Shown here: in pieces, positions 25,385-34,811 of the stretch | Layout: every line of letters begins with the position of its first letter | Position numbering within the stretch: position 1 is the stretch's first letter | NCBI GenBank assembly: GCA_035285125.1 | Contig: JAYKHR010000105.1 | Span: 1 to 34,811, forward strand | From: Candidatus Sericytochromatia bacterium | GTDB lineage: Bacteria; Cyanobacteriota; Sericytochromatia; S15B-MN24; JAQBPE01 | Reading direction: 5' to 3' | DNA: 34,811 bases | Position numbers and translations under genes: made by a program | The notes under the pieces: model-generated | Told to the model about the DNA's origin: nothing | What the model saw: only the letters and a program-made list of their open reading frames with translations | Databases searched by the model: none

Positions 25385-26266
25385 TCAGACCCGCGGGCAG
25401 GCCAGCCCCGCGTCCTCGACCGGCTCGCCGTCCGGCCCGAACACCGTCCCACAGGGGTGCTCCACGTGGCTCGGCGGCGTCACGGGCACGTCCGCGAGCA
25501 GGTCCTGCACCGCCACGCCGACCATCATCAGCCCGAACATCGCCGGCATGTAGGAGACGGTGCCGTTGATCTGGCTCTTTTGCTCGCAGTCGTTGACGCC
25601 CTTCAGGTGGGTCGGGGGGCAGATGCACTTCACGGGGCAGGCCGCGACCTCGGGGGCCGGGGCGACGGGCTTCTCGATCGACCAGACGGCCTTGATGCCG
25701 TGCGTGATGCCGTACTTCCGCCGCAGCTCCTTGCGCACGTCGCGCGCGAGGGCGCAGGTCTGCGTCTCGGAGAGGTCCCCGACGCGGATGCGGGTGGGGT
25801 CGAGCTTGCTGGCCGCGCCCATCGCGGAGATGACGGGCATCCCACGGCGATGCGCAGTGGCGATGAGGTGCAGCTTGGCCGTCACGTTGTCGATGCAGTC
25901 GAGCACGTAGTCGTAGCCGCGACCGTCGGGTCCCGCGAGCAGGTCGTCGGCACGGTCGGCGTTGTAGAAGGTCTGGTGGGCCACCACGCGGCCGTGGGGG
26001 TTGATCTTGCGCAGCCGCTCGGCCATCACCTCGGCCTTGGGCTTGCCGATCGTGCCGATCATCGCGTGCAGCTGCCGGTTCACGTTGGTGGCGCAGACGA
26101 GGTCGTAGTCGACAATCGTGAGGTCACCGACGGCGGCTCGCGCCAAAGCCTCGGCCGCGTACGAGCCCACCCCGCCCAGCCCGAAGACCGCGACCCGGCA
26201 GCCCTTCAGGCGCTCGTAGCCAGCCTCACCCACCAACAACTCCAGCCGACTGAACCGATGCAGCAC
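25385..26266 (-). CDS. tcdA: tRNA threonylcarbamoyladenosine dehydratase (ThiF family)
   Basis: RFSRLELLVG, VFGLGGVGS, TNVNRQL, DCIDN..AK, SAMGAASKLDP; AAGGAGG RBS. Confidence 0.93.
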   Translation of the reverse strand: MLHRFSRLELLVGEAGYERLKGCRVAVFGLGGVGSYAAEALARAAVGDLTIVDYDLVCATNVNRQLHAMIGTIGKPKAEVMAERLRKINPHGRVVAHQTFYNADRADDLLAGPDGRGYDYVLDCIDNVTAKLHLIATAHRRGMPVISAMGAASKLDPTRIRVGDLSETQTCALARDVRKELRRKYGITHGIKAVWSIEKPVAPAPEVAACPVKCICPPTHLKGVNDCEQKSQINGTVSYMPAMFGLMMVGVAVQDLLADVPVTPPSHVEHPCGTVFGPDGEPVEDAGLACPRV

Positions 26267-26351
26267 GCGGTGAACCTCCTTCAGGCCATCTGCCTCAGTC
26301 TAGCGCACCGAGGGCCCGAGCGCCCTGCCCCCGGCTGGCCGCGGGCTGCTG

Positions 26352-27632
26352 TCAGGGCCCCTCGTACAGGTGGTCCAGGTCGCGGGGCGTCAGGTGCCTG
26401 GCCACCTCCAGTGCCCCCACCGTGCGGCGGAGCTGCGCCACCGTGCGTGGGCCGATCACCACGAACTCGGAGCGGGGGTGCGCGAGCGCGTAGGCGTCAA
26501 GCACCTGGTCGAGGCTGTAGCGCGTGCCAAGGCGGGCGTTCAGGCTCCGGGTGAAGGCCTCCGCTCGCCGGTAGCGGCGCTCGTTGGCGGGGTGGAAGAT
26601 GGCGTCGTGCACGTTGCCCCAGTACCGGTCCCGCTGCTGCTTGAGCGCCAGGGCGCGCTGTCGGGCGGCGGGCCAGCCCGGTCGCACCACCGAGAAGCCC
26701 CCGAGGGGCGAGTAGGTCATCAGCCTGACGCCGGGCTGGAAGTCGCGCCGCATCATCTGGGTGTGCGTGACCTGCACCCCGCCCGAGTGGATGGTGACGG
26801 GGCCCATCTCGAGCAGCGAGAAGTAGGGGCTGTGGCAAACGGGCTGCGCCAGCGTGGGGCTCGCCGTGGCCTCGCGGACCGCCTCATCGACCCGATCGGC
26901 CTCCCAGTTTGAGAGGCCGATCATCTCGTAGTTGCTGGAGATGGCGGGGTCGGCGAGGGCCTCCAGGATGGCACGCGCAGGGGTCTGCGGGCGCGGCACG
27001 CGGCGGTAGTCCTGGAAGTCGGCGTCGTCACGGTGCATCAGGTAGATGGTGATTGCGCGACCGAAGCGCGCCCGCGAGGGTTCCACCTCTTCCCGAACAT
27101 CGGCGACAATCTGCGCCCTGTCGCCCACGAGGCGGCTGCGGTAGGTGCCGGGGCCGGTGTCTCGCGGGAAGCCGCCCTTGGTGATGACGTACAGGTCCCG
27201 GCGAGGCTGCCGCGCCAGCCAGCGGCCCAGCCGGGCCTCGATGTCGCTGGCGTAGATGGGGGCCGTGTCGAAGGCGTTGATGCCCAGCCGCACGGCTTCA
27301 TCGAGCACGGCCTCCGTCTGGCTGGCGGGCACCTTGCCGAGGTGGTCCGTGCCGAGGATGAGGCGCGAGAGCATCCGGGGGGCCGCTCCCGCCGAAGGGC
27401 TGGGGAAGGCTCCGAGCAAGACGCCGTGGTTATCGAGGGGCGAACGAGCGCCAGCGGGCCCCACGGGAATGTACGTCATGGCGGGGAGCGCGGGCGTGGC
27501 CTGCGGGCGGGCGGCGGTGGGGGCAGCGCCCAGCGCCAGGCAACTGAGCACCGCGAGGGCCATCGCGCTCAAGGCGCGCGCAGGCCGGGGGGGCAGCGTG
27601 GACGGGGGGGTTTGACGCGGGTGGTGCGGCAA
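26352..27632 (-). CDS. Aldo/keto reductase with N-terminal signal-peptide-like segment
   Basis: SRLILGT, FDTAPIY, ITKGG, YLMHRD, IGLSNW, YSPLGG, VIGPRTVAQL; AGGAGG 7 nt before the TTG. Confidence 0.85.
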   Translation of the reverse strand: MPHHPRQTPPSTLPPRPARALSAMALAVLSCLALGAAPTAARPQATPALPAMTYIPVGPAGARSPLDNHGVLLGAFPSPSAGAAPRMLSRLILGTDHLGKVPASQTEAVLDEAVRLGINAFDTAPIYASDIEARLGRWLARQPRRDLYVITKGGFPRDTGPGTYRSRLVGDRAQIVADVREEVEPSRARFGRAITIYLMHRDDADFQDYRRVPRPQTPARAILEALADPAISSNYEMIGLSNWEADRVDEAVREATASPTLAQPVCHSPYFSLLEMGPVTIHSGGVQVTHTQMMRRDFQPGVRLMTYSPLGGFSVVRPGWPAARQRALALKQQRDRYWGNVHDAIFHPANERRYRRAEAFTRSLNARLGTRYSLDQVLDAYALAHPRSEFVVIGPRTVAQLRRTVGALEVARHLTPRDLDHLYEGP

Positions 27633-27816
27633 CCGACTACCTCCTGACGGGCCATGGGCTGCCCGACATGGTGGCGAGTTGCCCGGACCCTGTCCAGCAC
27701 CGCGGGCACCTCAATCCCGAGCCAGCGCCAACCCGCGGCCAGGGTTCCTGGCGCCGCTAGCGCCAACGGCCACGCTGGCGGGGTACGATGGAGACACCCC
27801 ACGTCAGGAGCCACGC

Positions 27817-28398
27817 TTGTCCCTGCCCGATCACCCCCGAGCGCCCTCCACGCCGGCCCGCGCCAGGCTCCTCAAGCCGCAGCTTCGGGTGGCGCACGTC
27901 TCGGAGATCGACCTCGATCACCTCGCGTCGCTCGGCATCGCCGGCCTCGTGTTCGATCTCGACGATACGCTGGTGCACGCGATGGAGCCTGAAGCCGATC
28001 CGGGCATTCACGCCTGGGTGCAGGCCGTGCGCGAGCGGTTCGCCGTCTGGGTGGTCTCGAACAACGGCTCCGAAGCCCGCGTGGCCCGGGCCGCGGAGCA
28101 CCTGGGGCTCCCCTACCGCGCCCGGGCGCGCAAGCCGAGCCGCCGCTCGTTCCGCGCCGTCCTGGCCGAGATGGGCCTGGCGCCCGAGCGCTGCGCCATC
28201 GTGGGAGACCAGCTGTTCACGGACGTGCTGGGGGGCAACAGGCTGGGCGCCTACACCATCCTGGTCGACCCGCTTTCCGAAGAGCGGCGCTGGCACCGGC
28301 GCTGGATGCGCTCCCTCGAAACCTATATGCTGCATCGGGGAGGCGGCACGCCCTACCACCGTGCCACCGCCACGAGCCCCGAGCCAGACCAGGCCTGA
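27817..28398 (+). CDS. yqeG: YqeG-family HAD IIIA phosphatase
   Basis: FDLDDTL, VVSNN, ARKP, VGDQLFTDVLGGNRLG. Start refined to TTG 27817 (AGGAG upstream). Confidence 0.92.
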   Translation: MSLPDHPRAPSTPARARLLKPQLRVAHVSEIDLDHLASLGIAGLVFDLDDTLVHAMEPEADPGIHAWVQAVRERFAVWVVSNNGSEARVARAAEHLGLPYRARARKPSRRSFRAVLAEMGLAPERCAIVGDQLFTDVLGGNRLGAYTILVDPLSEERRWHRRWMRSLETYMLHRGGGTPYHRATATSPEPDQA

Positions 28399-28433
28399 CG
28401 CCCACCTCGACGTCCCTGCCCAGAGGAAGCCCG

Positions 28434-29303
28434 ATGCCCCACCCCTTGCCCCTTCACAACCCCACGCCCGCTGCCGCAGCCCTGCGGGCGCAACTCGAGG
28501 CCACCGTGGGCCAGGTGCCCCGCGTGGCCGTCGTGCTGGGGTCCGGCATCAAGGCCCTCGAGGATCTGCAGGCCGGCGGCAGCGTCGCCTATGCGGACCT
28601 GCCGGGCTTCCCGGCCGCCACGGTGGCCGGCCACGCGGGCATCCTGAGCTGGGGGCGCGTGGGCGCGGACGGTCCGGCGATCTTCGTGGCGCGCGGCCGC
28701 TTCCACCTGTACGAGGGGCACGGACTCGCAGAGGCCCTCGCGCTCGTCGAGTTGTTCCATGCCCTCGGCGTCGAGGACCTCGTGCTCACCAACGCGGCCG
28801 GGGGCCTGCGGGCCCACTGGCACCCTGGGGACCTCATGCTGATCGAGGATCACATCAACCTGCAGGGCGTGCAAGGCGGCTTCCCGCCTGCCGCACAGGC
28901 CCCTCTGTGCGCGGAGTGGTCAGGCTGGCGGCCCGTCGAGGTCTACGATGCGGGCTGGCGCGCGCGGCTGGCCCAGGCGGCGTTGCAACGCCACGTGCCG
29001 CTGCGCGCAGGCGTCTACGTCGGCCTGCTCGGCCCCTCGTACGAGACGATGGCAGAGAACCGCTACCTGCTTTACGCCGGGGTGGACGCCGTGGGCATGT
29101 CGACGGTCCCTGAGGCCGCGCGCGCCAGGGCCCGGGGGATGCGCGTGCTTGCCATCTCCTGCATCACCAACATCTCCATCACGCCGCAGGGTGCCTCCGA
29201 GACCTCCCACCAGGAGGTGGTGGACGTCGCGAAGGCCGCCTCAGCGAACATGGAAGCCCTGCTCCAGGCCGCCGTGGCGACTGCCCCCGCCGTGATGGGC
29301 TGA
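28434..29303 (+). CDS. punA: Purine nucleoside phosphorylase (trimeric family)
   Basis: VVLGSG, GRFHLYEG, TNAAGG, DHINL, GPSYET.AE, VGMSTVPE, SCITN. Confidence 0.95.
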   Translation: MPHPLPLHNPTPAAAALRAQLEATVGQVPRVAVVLGSGIKALEDLQAGGSVAYADLPGFPAATVAGHAGILSWGRVGADGPAIFVARGRFHLYEGHGLAEALALVELFHALGVEDLVLTNAAGGLRAHWHPGDLMLIEDHINLQGVQGGFPPAAQAPLCAEWSGWRPVEVYDAGWRARLAQAALQRHVPLRAGVYVGLLGPSYETMAENRYLLYAGVDAVGMSTVPEAARARARGMRVLAISCITNISITPQGASETSHQEVVDVAKAASANMEALLQAAVATAPAVMG

Positions 29304-29347
29304 GCCCAAGCCGACGAGCGCCCCTGGTCCGCGCCTGCCCGCTCGGC

Positions 29348-29353
29348 TATAAT
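29348..29353 (+). promoter_or_regulatory. -10 element upstream of the PBP1A gene
   Basis: Perfect TATAAT in GC-rich context, 30 nt before the start. Confidence 0.6.
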
Positions 29354-29382
29354 GGGAAGGCCGAACAGGGAGCCGCAATCCT

Positions 29383-31620
29383 TTGACCACGCCCCGGCGG
29401 GGCGTGAGCCCTGCGACCCCCCGCATGCCCACCAGCGGCCCCGTCCGCCGTCCCGCGCAACAGCCCCCTCGCCCCACCCAGCGGGAGCGCTGGCGGCGCA
29501 ACCTGGGGCGCGTGATGGTGTTCCTGGCAGCCGTCTTGGGGTCTGGGGCGCTCGGCTGCCTTGGCGGCCTGGCCGCCACCCTCTCGCGCCTGCCGGACGT
29601 GGGCACCCTGCAGTACTACGTCCCGCACGAGACCACCAAGATCTTCGACAAGGACGGCCGGCTGCTGGCCAACGTCCACGGCGAGGAGAACCGGGTCGTG
29701 ATCCCGCTTCACGACATCCCGAAGTCGCTCCAGCACGCCGTCATCGCGATGGAAGACACGGAGTTCTACTACCACTACGGCATCAACCCGAAGGGCATCG
29801 GGCGGGCCTTGCTGGTGAACGTGGCCGAGGGCCAGACCGTCGAGGGGGCCTCCACCATCACGCAGCAGCTGGCCAAGAACCTGTTTCTCGAGCCGGCTCG
29901 CACCCTGCCCCGCAAGATCGCCGAGGCCTGGCTGGCCATCCAGATCGAGCACCACTACGGCAAGTCGCAGATCCTGGAGATGTACCTGAACCAGGTGTAC
30001 TGGGGCCACAACGCCTACGGCGTCGAGGCGGCGGCGTTGAACTACTTCGGGAAGTCCTCGCGAAAGCTGACGCTCGCCGAGAGCGCCATGCTGGCGGGGA
30101 TCCTGCGGGGACCGGAGTTCTACTCGCCCTACCGCAACCTCGAGGGCTCGCGAAAGCTCAAGAAGCTGGTGCTGGACCGGATGCGCGTGGCGGGCTTCAT
30201 CGGCGACCAGCAGTACAAGAAGGCCATCGGCCAGAAGCTTGAGCACCCCGGCATCACCAGCTACGCCTACAAGGTGCCCTACTTCACGGCCTGGATGGTC
30301 CAGCAACTCGTGGAACGGTACGGCGTCGAGACCGTCATGAAGGGTGGCTTGCGCGTTCACACCACGCTCGATCTCGACCTCCAGAACCATGCCGAGCGGC
30401 TGCTGCGCGAGGCCGTGGCCAAGAACGGCGTCTACAACATCCACCAGGGGGCGCTCGTGGCCGTCGACCCCAAGACCGGCTACGTGCGCGCCATCGTGGG
30501 AGGCACGGACTTCAAGAAGACGAAGTTCAACCGCGCCACGCAGGCGCTCCGACCGCCGGGCTCGACCTTCAAGCCTTTCGTCTACCTGGCCGCCCTGTCA
30601 GATGGCTACGCCCCCAGCTCGGTGATCGACGACGAGCCCATCAGCATCCCCGTCGGGAACGGCGAGACCTACTCCCCCAACAACTACGACTACAAGTTCC
30701 GGGGCCCCATCACGATGCGGCGAGCCCTCGAGAGCTCCGTCAACATCGTCGCGGTCAAGCTCGGCCAGGCCGTGGGGCTCAAGCGGGTGATCAAGACGGC
30801 CCAGGCCTTCGGCATCGAAAGCCCGCTGGGCGCCAACCTGTCGCTGCCGTTGGGCACCTCGGAGGTGACACCTTACGAGCTCGCGGCCGCCTACGCGGTC
30901 CTCGCGAACGACGGGGTGCGGAATGCCCCCACGACCGTCGTCAAGATCGAGGACCGCAACGGCCGGTTGCTGGAGGACAACCGCCCGCGCCCCCAGCGCG
31001 TCCACGACGCGGAACCCGTACGGCATCTCGTCGACATGATGAAAGGCGTCATCGACCACGGCACCGGCACGGCGGCCCGGCTCGGGCGCCCGGCCGCCGG
31101 CAAGACAGGCACCACCAGCGACGCCCGGGACGTATGGTTTGTGGGCTTCACGCCGGACCTGGCGTGCGCCGTCTGGATGGGCAACGACGACAACTCCAAG
31201 CTCAACTACGGCAGCACCGGCGGCACGATTTGCGCCCCCCTGTGGCGGGAGGTCATGACCTTCGCCCACCGCAACCTGAAGCCCCGGGACTTCCCGACCC
31301 CGAGCCGCCGCGACACGGGTGGCAAGGCCCTGGCCTCGACCGGCGGGAGCGCGACCATCGATCCGGCGGTTGGCAAGCTGCCTGATCGGCCCGCGGTGGG
31401 AGACAACGCCGAATCCGAGGCGCCCGAAGCCACCGTGCCCGTGCAGGCCCGCCCCGCAGCCCCGGCGCCCACCACCCACGGCCGCCCCACGCCGCGTCCC
31501 CTGCCGCCGCGGCCCCGGCTGCGTCCCGTGCCCCCGCCTGTGCAGCCTCAACCCGTGGACCAGCAGACTGACGAGACCTTGCTCGAGCCCGCGCCAGAGT
31601 TCCCGGCCGACGTGCCCTGA
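29383..31620 (+). CDS. Class A penicillin-binding protein (PBP1A family)
   Basis: One TM segment; transglycosylase EDTEFYYHYG, GASTITQQL, RKIAE; transpeptidase STFK, SVN, KTG; Pro-rich tail. Confidence 0.97.
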   Translation: MTTPRRGVSPATPRMPTSGPVRRPAQQPPRPTQRERWRRNLGRVMVFLAAVLGSGALGCLGGLAATLSRLPDVGTLQYYVPHETTKIFDKDGRLLANVHGEENRVVIPLHDIPKSLQHAVIAMEDTEFYYHYGINPKGIGRALLVNVAEGQTVEGASTITQQLAKNLFLEPARTLPRKIAEAWLAIQIEHHYGKSQILEMYLNQVYWGHNAYGVEAAALNYFGKSSRKLTLAESAMLAGILRGPEFYSPYRNLEGSRKLKKLVLDRMRVAGFIGDQQYKKAIGQKLEHPGITSYAYKVPYFTAWMVQQLVERYGVETVMKGGLRVHTTLDLDLQNHAERLLREAVAKNGVYNIHQGALVAVDPKTGYVRAIVGGTDFKKTKFNRATQALRPPGSTFKPFVYLAALSDGYAPSSVIDDEPISIPVGNGETYSPNNYDYKFRGPITMRRALESSVNIVAVKLGQAVGLKRVIKTAQAFGIESPLGANLSLPLGTSEVTPYELAAAYAVLANDGVRNAPTTVVKIEDRNGRLLEDNRPRPQRVHDAEPVRHLVDMMKGVIDHGTGTAARLGRPAAGKTGTTSDARDVWFVGFTPDLACAVWMGNDDNSKLNYGSTGGTICAPLWREVMTFAHRNLKPRDFPTPSRRDTGGKALASTGGSATIDPAVGKLPDRPAVGDNAESEAPEATVPVQARPAAPAPTTHGRPTPRPLPPRPRLRPVPPPVQPQPVDQQTDETLLEPAPEFPADVP

Positions 31621-32384
31621 TGGCGACGGGCTGGCTAGACTGGGCGGCCGTCGCCTTGCTGGGCGCCGCCACCGGCGTGCTCTCGGGGCTGTTCGGCGTG
31701 GGTGGCGGCTTCCTGCTCGTCCCCGCGCTAGCACTGCTGGGGTGGCCTGTTGCCACGGCCGTGGGCACCAGCCTCGCCTACGTGGCGGCCGTGGGGGCCG
31801 GCGGCGCCTGGGCTCACTGGCGAGCCGGCAACATCGATGGCGCGTTCGTGGCCTGGACGGCCCTGCCGGCGGCAGCCTGCGCCCCCCTGGGGGCTGCCGT
31901 TGCCAAACGCCTGCCCGATGCGTGTTTGGCCCTGGCCTTCGCGGCATTTCTGGCCGCAATGGCCTGGCAGATGCGCCCCCGCCCGGCGCTTCAGGGCGCG
32001 GAGGGCGACGCCCCGGTGGCGCGCTGGCGGGCGGTTGGCCTGGGCGGCTCTGTCGGGGTGCTGTCGGGCCTGTTCGGCGTGGGGGGCGGCCTGCTGCTGG
32101 TTCCCGGGCAGGTCGCCTGGCTGGGCATTCCGCTGAAGCGGGCGGTGGGCAACAGCCTGGGGGCCGTGCTGCTGACGGGCCTGGTCGGCACCGCGGCCCA
32201 CGGCCAGCTCGGCACGGTGGTCTGGGGGCACGTCGCCGTGCTTGTGCCCGCCGGCCTCGTGGGCGTGGCAGCGGGCACTCGGTTGCTGGCGGTGGTGCCT
32301 GCAGAGCGCCTGCGGGCAGGCCTTCAGGGCTTCCTGGGGTTGCTCGCCGTCGCGATGGCGGTGAGGGGCCTGCGGGCCCTCTGA
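31620..32384 (+). CDS. Sulfite exporter TauE/SafE family membrane protein
   Basis: Duplicated GVLSGLFGVGGG.LLVP and AVG(T/N)SL motifs; ATG overlaps the PBP stop. Confidence 0.92.
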   Translation: MATGWLDWAAVALLGAATGVLSGLFGVGGGFLLVPALALLGWPVATAVGTSLAYVAAVGAGGAWAHWRAGNIDGAFVAWTALPAAACAPLGAAVAKRLPDACLALAFAAFLAAMAWQMRPRPALQGAEGDAPVARWRAVGLGGSVGVLSGLFGVGGGLLLVPGQVAWLGIPLKRAVGNSLGAVLLTGLVGTAAHGQLGTVVWGHVAVLVPAGLVGVAAGTRLLAVVPAERLRAGLQGFLGLLAVAMAVRGLRAL

Positions 32385-32461
32385 TGGAGGCAACCCCCGG
32401 CCAGGCCAGGAGGCCAGGCACGGGGGCTGCAGGCCGCGAAGCAGGAGCCCCGACGGGATGG

Positions 32462-32800
32462 TCAGCGGGGTGCCTGGGGCCCCACCAGGGGGCCCGTGTT
32501 GCCCCGGATGCGCTTGAGCCAGGCAAAGAACCCACCCGTCGCCTCCGGGGCAAGCTGCTTGAGCTCTCCCGGGTCGAGCCACGTGCCGTGGCAGCTCACG
32601 CACTCGTCGATGCGGATGCCCTCGTAGGCCCGCTCCCGAAGGCTGTTGCCGCACTTGGGGCAGTGCATCCAGTGAAGGGCCTTCAGGGCCTCTCGCTGCT
32701 CGACGGCGGTGCGATGCTCGGCGGCAGCCGTCTCATCCTGCCGCTTCTGCCGCTCCTGCTCGCGAAACCAGGCTTCCTCGTTCTCGCTTGGCTTGTGCAT
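32462..32800 (-). CDS. Zinc-ribbon (zf-TFIIB-like) protein
   Basis: MHCPKC..IDECVSCHGTWLDPGEL; AGGAGG before ATG 32800. Confidence 0.88.
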   Translation of the reverse strand: MHKPSENEEAWFREQERQKRQDETAAAEHRTAVEQREALKALHWMHCPKCGNSLRERAYEGIRIDECVSCHGTWLDPGELKQLAPEATGGFFAWLKRIRGNTGPLVGPQAPR

Positions 32801-33017
32801 CCGGCCTCCTCTCTCGGGCACCCGCTTGGGCCTGGTGCGCCCGGCCCCGCCAAAGCGGCGCGGGACGGACAGTGGACAGGTTCCCGGCGCGTGAGCCCTG
32901 GACTACATCCCCCGGCCCACGCGGCGCACAACGCCGCCGTGAGCACCCTCCCGTTATACCCCCTGCTTTCCCGAACCATACGGGTTTCCCCTGAGGGAAG
33001 CGGCAAGAATGCCGCCG

Positions 33018-33824
33018 TCAGGGCAGCCAGGGGTGGTACACCCAGCGCAGGTAGTAATACACGGCAGCCCCCGTGAGCAGGTAGGAGTCGAGCCGATCCA
33101 GCATCCCACCGTGGCCCGGGATGGCGCTGCCCGAGTCCTTGGTGCCGGCATCGCGCTTCAGCAACGACTCCGTCAGGTCGCCGATTTGGGCCACCAGGCT
33201 CACGATCAACCCCAGCGCAAGGCCGTGCTCGAGCGGAAACTTGAAGACCATCCCCCAGGCCACGCCCAGCAGGCCGGCGCTCACCAGGCCCGTGATGCTG
33301 CCCTCGATGGTCTTCTTGGGGCTGACGGCCTCGAGCAACTTGGTCCGCCCGAGCCAGCGCCCCCCGAAGTAGGCCATGATGTCCGTGGCCCAGATGCAGG
33401 TGTTCAGCAGCAGGCTGAACTGGAAGCCGTAGGGCTCCGGGAAGTTGCGCACCAGGATCAGGTGGCAAGGGAGGAACCCGACGTAGATGAGGGCGAACCA
33501 GCTCGTGGCGATGTCGCCGATGCCCGCCCGTGGCCGGCGCCGGGCAAGCATCCAGACCAGGATCGCAATCGCGCTGACGGTGAACAGCGGTGCCAGGTAG
33601 GTCGGGCCGAGGAAGCCCCCGAGCAGGTCGAGCGTCAGCACCGACGCGGTGATGAGCAGCGTCGCGGGTGTGTAGCCCTTCAACACGAACAGGCGACACA
33701 GCTCGCGCACGCAGAGCAGCGCGAAGCCGGTGATCATCAACGTGTGAGCGGTGCCGCCGAGCCACAGGCACGTGAGGGCCACGGCGATGAAGGCGACGCC
33801 GCTGACGACCCTCAGCCGGAGCAC
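33018..33824 (-). CDS. cdsA: Phosphatidate cytidylyltransferase
   Basis: WATDIMAYFGG, SPKKTIEG, GDLTESLLKRDAGTKDSG..IPGHGGMLDRLDS. Start refined to GTG 33824. Confidence 0.96.
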   Translation of the reverse strand: MLRLRVVSGVAFIAVALTCLWLGGTAHTLMITGFALLCVRELCRLFVLKGYTPATLLITASVLTLDLLGGFLGPTYLAPLFTVSAIAILVWMLARRRPRAGIGDIATSWFALIYVGFLPCHLILVRNFPEPYGFQFSLLLNTCIWATDIMAYFGGRWLGRTKLLEAVSPKKTIEGSITGLVSAGLLGVAWGMVFKFPLEHGLALGLIVSLVAQIGDLTESLLKRDAGTKDSGSAIPGHGGMLDRLDSYLLTGAAVYYYLRWVYHPWLP

Positions 33825-34051
33825 GCGGCGTCCTCGCGGGGCGCAGTCGCCATCGGAGGCGTGATCACCCACGTCGCCTCCTGGGACCCGTCATCCACCC
33901 GGACGATGCGCCAGAGGCTCTCGGGAGGAGGGTCCGCCGGAGGCCTCGGGGGAAGGGCCCTGAGCAGGCGCGGGGCTGGCAGCGAGGCGGCCTCCAGACG
34001 GGCGGTCGCCTCAGCGACCGTGAGCCCCAGGAGGGCGACCGAGGTCTCCAT
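33812..34051 (-). CDS. Small hypothetical protein (79 aa), PASTA-like N-terminus
   Basis: ATG overlaps the frr stop with GGAGG upstream; LLGLTVAEATARLEAA resembles the first helix of a PASTA domain. Confidence 0.65.
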   Translation of the reverse strand: METSVALLGLTVAEATARLEAASLPAPRLLRALPPRPPADPPPESLWRIVRVDDGSQEATWVITPPMATAPREDAACSG

Positions 34052-34611
34052 CAGACCTCCATGACCTCTTTCTCCTTGGCCGCGAGGATCTCGTCAAGCT
34101 CCTTCACGAAGCGGTCCGTCAGCTTCTGGATCTGGTCCTCGCCCCGCTTGCGATCGTCTTCGGTGCACTCGCCGCCCTTCTCGAGCTTCTTCAGGGCGTC
34201 CATCTCGTCCCGACGAACGTTGCGGATGGCAATGCGTCCCTCTTCCGCGCTCTTCTTCAACACCTTCACGAGATCCTTGCGACGCTCTTCCGTGAGCATC
34301 GGGATGTTCAGGCGGATGACCTGGCCGTCCGTGTTGGGCGTCAGGCCCAGATCGCTCTTCTGGATGGCTTTCTCGACCAGGCTGACGGACTGCCGGTCGA
34401 AGAGCTGGATCTGGATGGTGCGGGCGTCGGGCGTCGAGATGTTGCCCATGGCCTTGATGGGCGTCTCCGCGCCGTAGTAGTCCACGACGATGCGATCGAG
34501 CAGCGCGCCCGAGGCCCGCCCCGTGCGCACGGAGGCGAAATCGCGCTGGGTCGCAGCGATCGCCTTTTTCATCTTGTCTTCGGTCTGCTGGATGACGTCT
34601 TTGATCGACAT
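34051..34611 (-). CDS. frr: Ribosome recycling factor
   Basis: VRTGRAS, VDYYG, SDLGLTP, LTEERRK, IRNVRR, KEKEVMEV. Confidence 0.98.
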   Translation of the reverse strand: MSIKDVIQQTEDKMKKAIAATQRDFASVRTGRASGALLDRIVVDYYGAETPIKAMGNISTPDARTIQIQLFDRQSVSLVEKAIQKSDLGLTPNTDGQVIRLNIPMLTEERRKDLVKVLKKSAEEGRIAIRNVRRDEMDALKKLEKGGECTEDDRKRGEDQIQKLTDRFVKELDEILAAKEKEVMEV

Positions 34612-34635
34612 GGGAGTTGGCTCCTCGAAGGGCGG

Positions 34636-34811
34636 TCAGCGATGAACGGCGGTGCCGATGGGCTCGCCGCACAGCACCCGCTCCAGGTTGCCGGCGGTCG
34701 AGAGATCGAACACGACGATGGGGATGTCGTTGTCCTTGCAGAGGGTGATCGCGGTCAGGTCCATGACGCGGAGGTCCTGCGTGAGGACGTCGAGGTAGGA
34801 CAGCGAGTCGT
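34636..34811 (-). CDS. pyrH: UMP kinase, C-terminal part (gene enters from the right edge)
   Basis: Manual translation [57 protein letters not shown]; lies directly upstream of frr. Confidence 0.95.
   Translation of the reverse strand, partial: DSLSYLDVLTQDLRVMDLTAITLCKDNDIPIVVFDLSTAGNLERVLCGEPIGTAVHR

Noticed and set aside
30598..33076. Long overlapping ORFs 30598-32553 (-) and 31319-33076 (+), and similar long antisense ORFs elsewhere
   Set aside because: Shadow ORFs typical of high-GC DNA that overlap well-supported genes and show no motifs.

Overview
A high-GC bacterial chromosomal window made mostly of housekeeping genes. From left to right it holds: a divergent pair of low-complexity lipoprotein genes (the left one is truncated and absent from the ORF track); a tRNA-Thr/Tyr/Thr operon; a maltose-type (CUT1) ABC transporter with lepB; radA behind a perfect GAAC-N4-GTTC LexA-type box; an orphan, divergent motAB pair; a glycine-zipper membrane protein behind a Pho-box-like triple repeat; icd-rimM-trmD; three surface lipoproteins (two with NHL beta-propellers); an acyl-CoA dehydrogenase operon; MBL hydrolase, cyclophilin, suhB and a DUF2490-like barrel; tcdA; an aldo/keto reductase with a signal peptide; yqeG, punA, PBP1A and a TauE exporter; and cdsA-frr-pyrH. 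A diderm envelope, a Gram-positive-style SOS box, a cyanobacterial-style Pho box and the NHL lipoproteins fit a non-photosynthetic relative of Cyanobacteria such as Sericytochromatia; this is inference only. I see no mobile element, CRISPR array or rRNA. The best candidate for an undescribed system is five otherwise different lipoproteins sharing a short Y-x-L motif at the junction between the N-terminal anchor region and a variable C-terminal cargo. Two of the five also share an upstream GCAGCAG..GGGTA..TGATC motif. Two or three one-base homopolymer slips suggest assembly errors.
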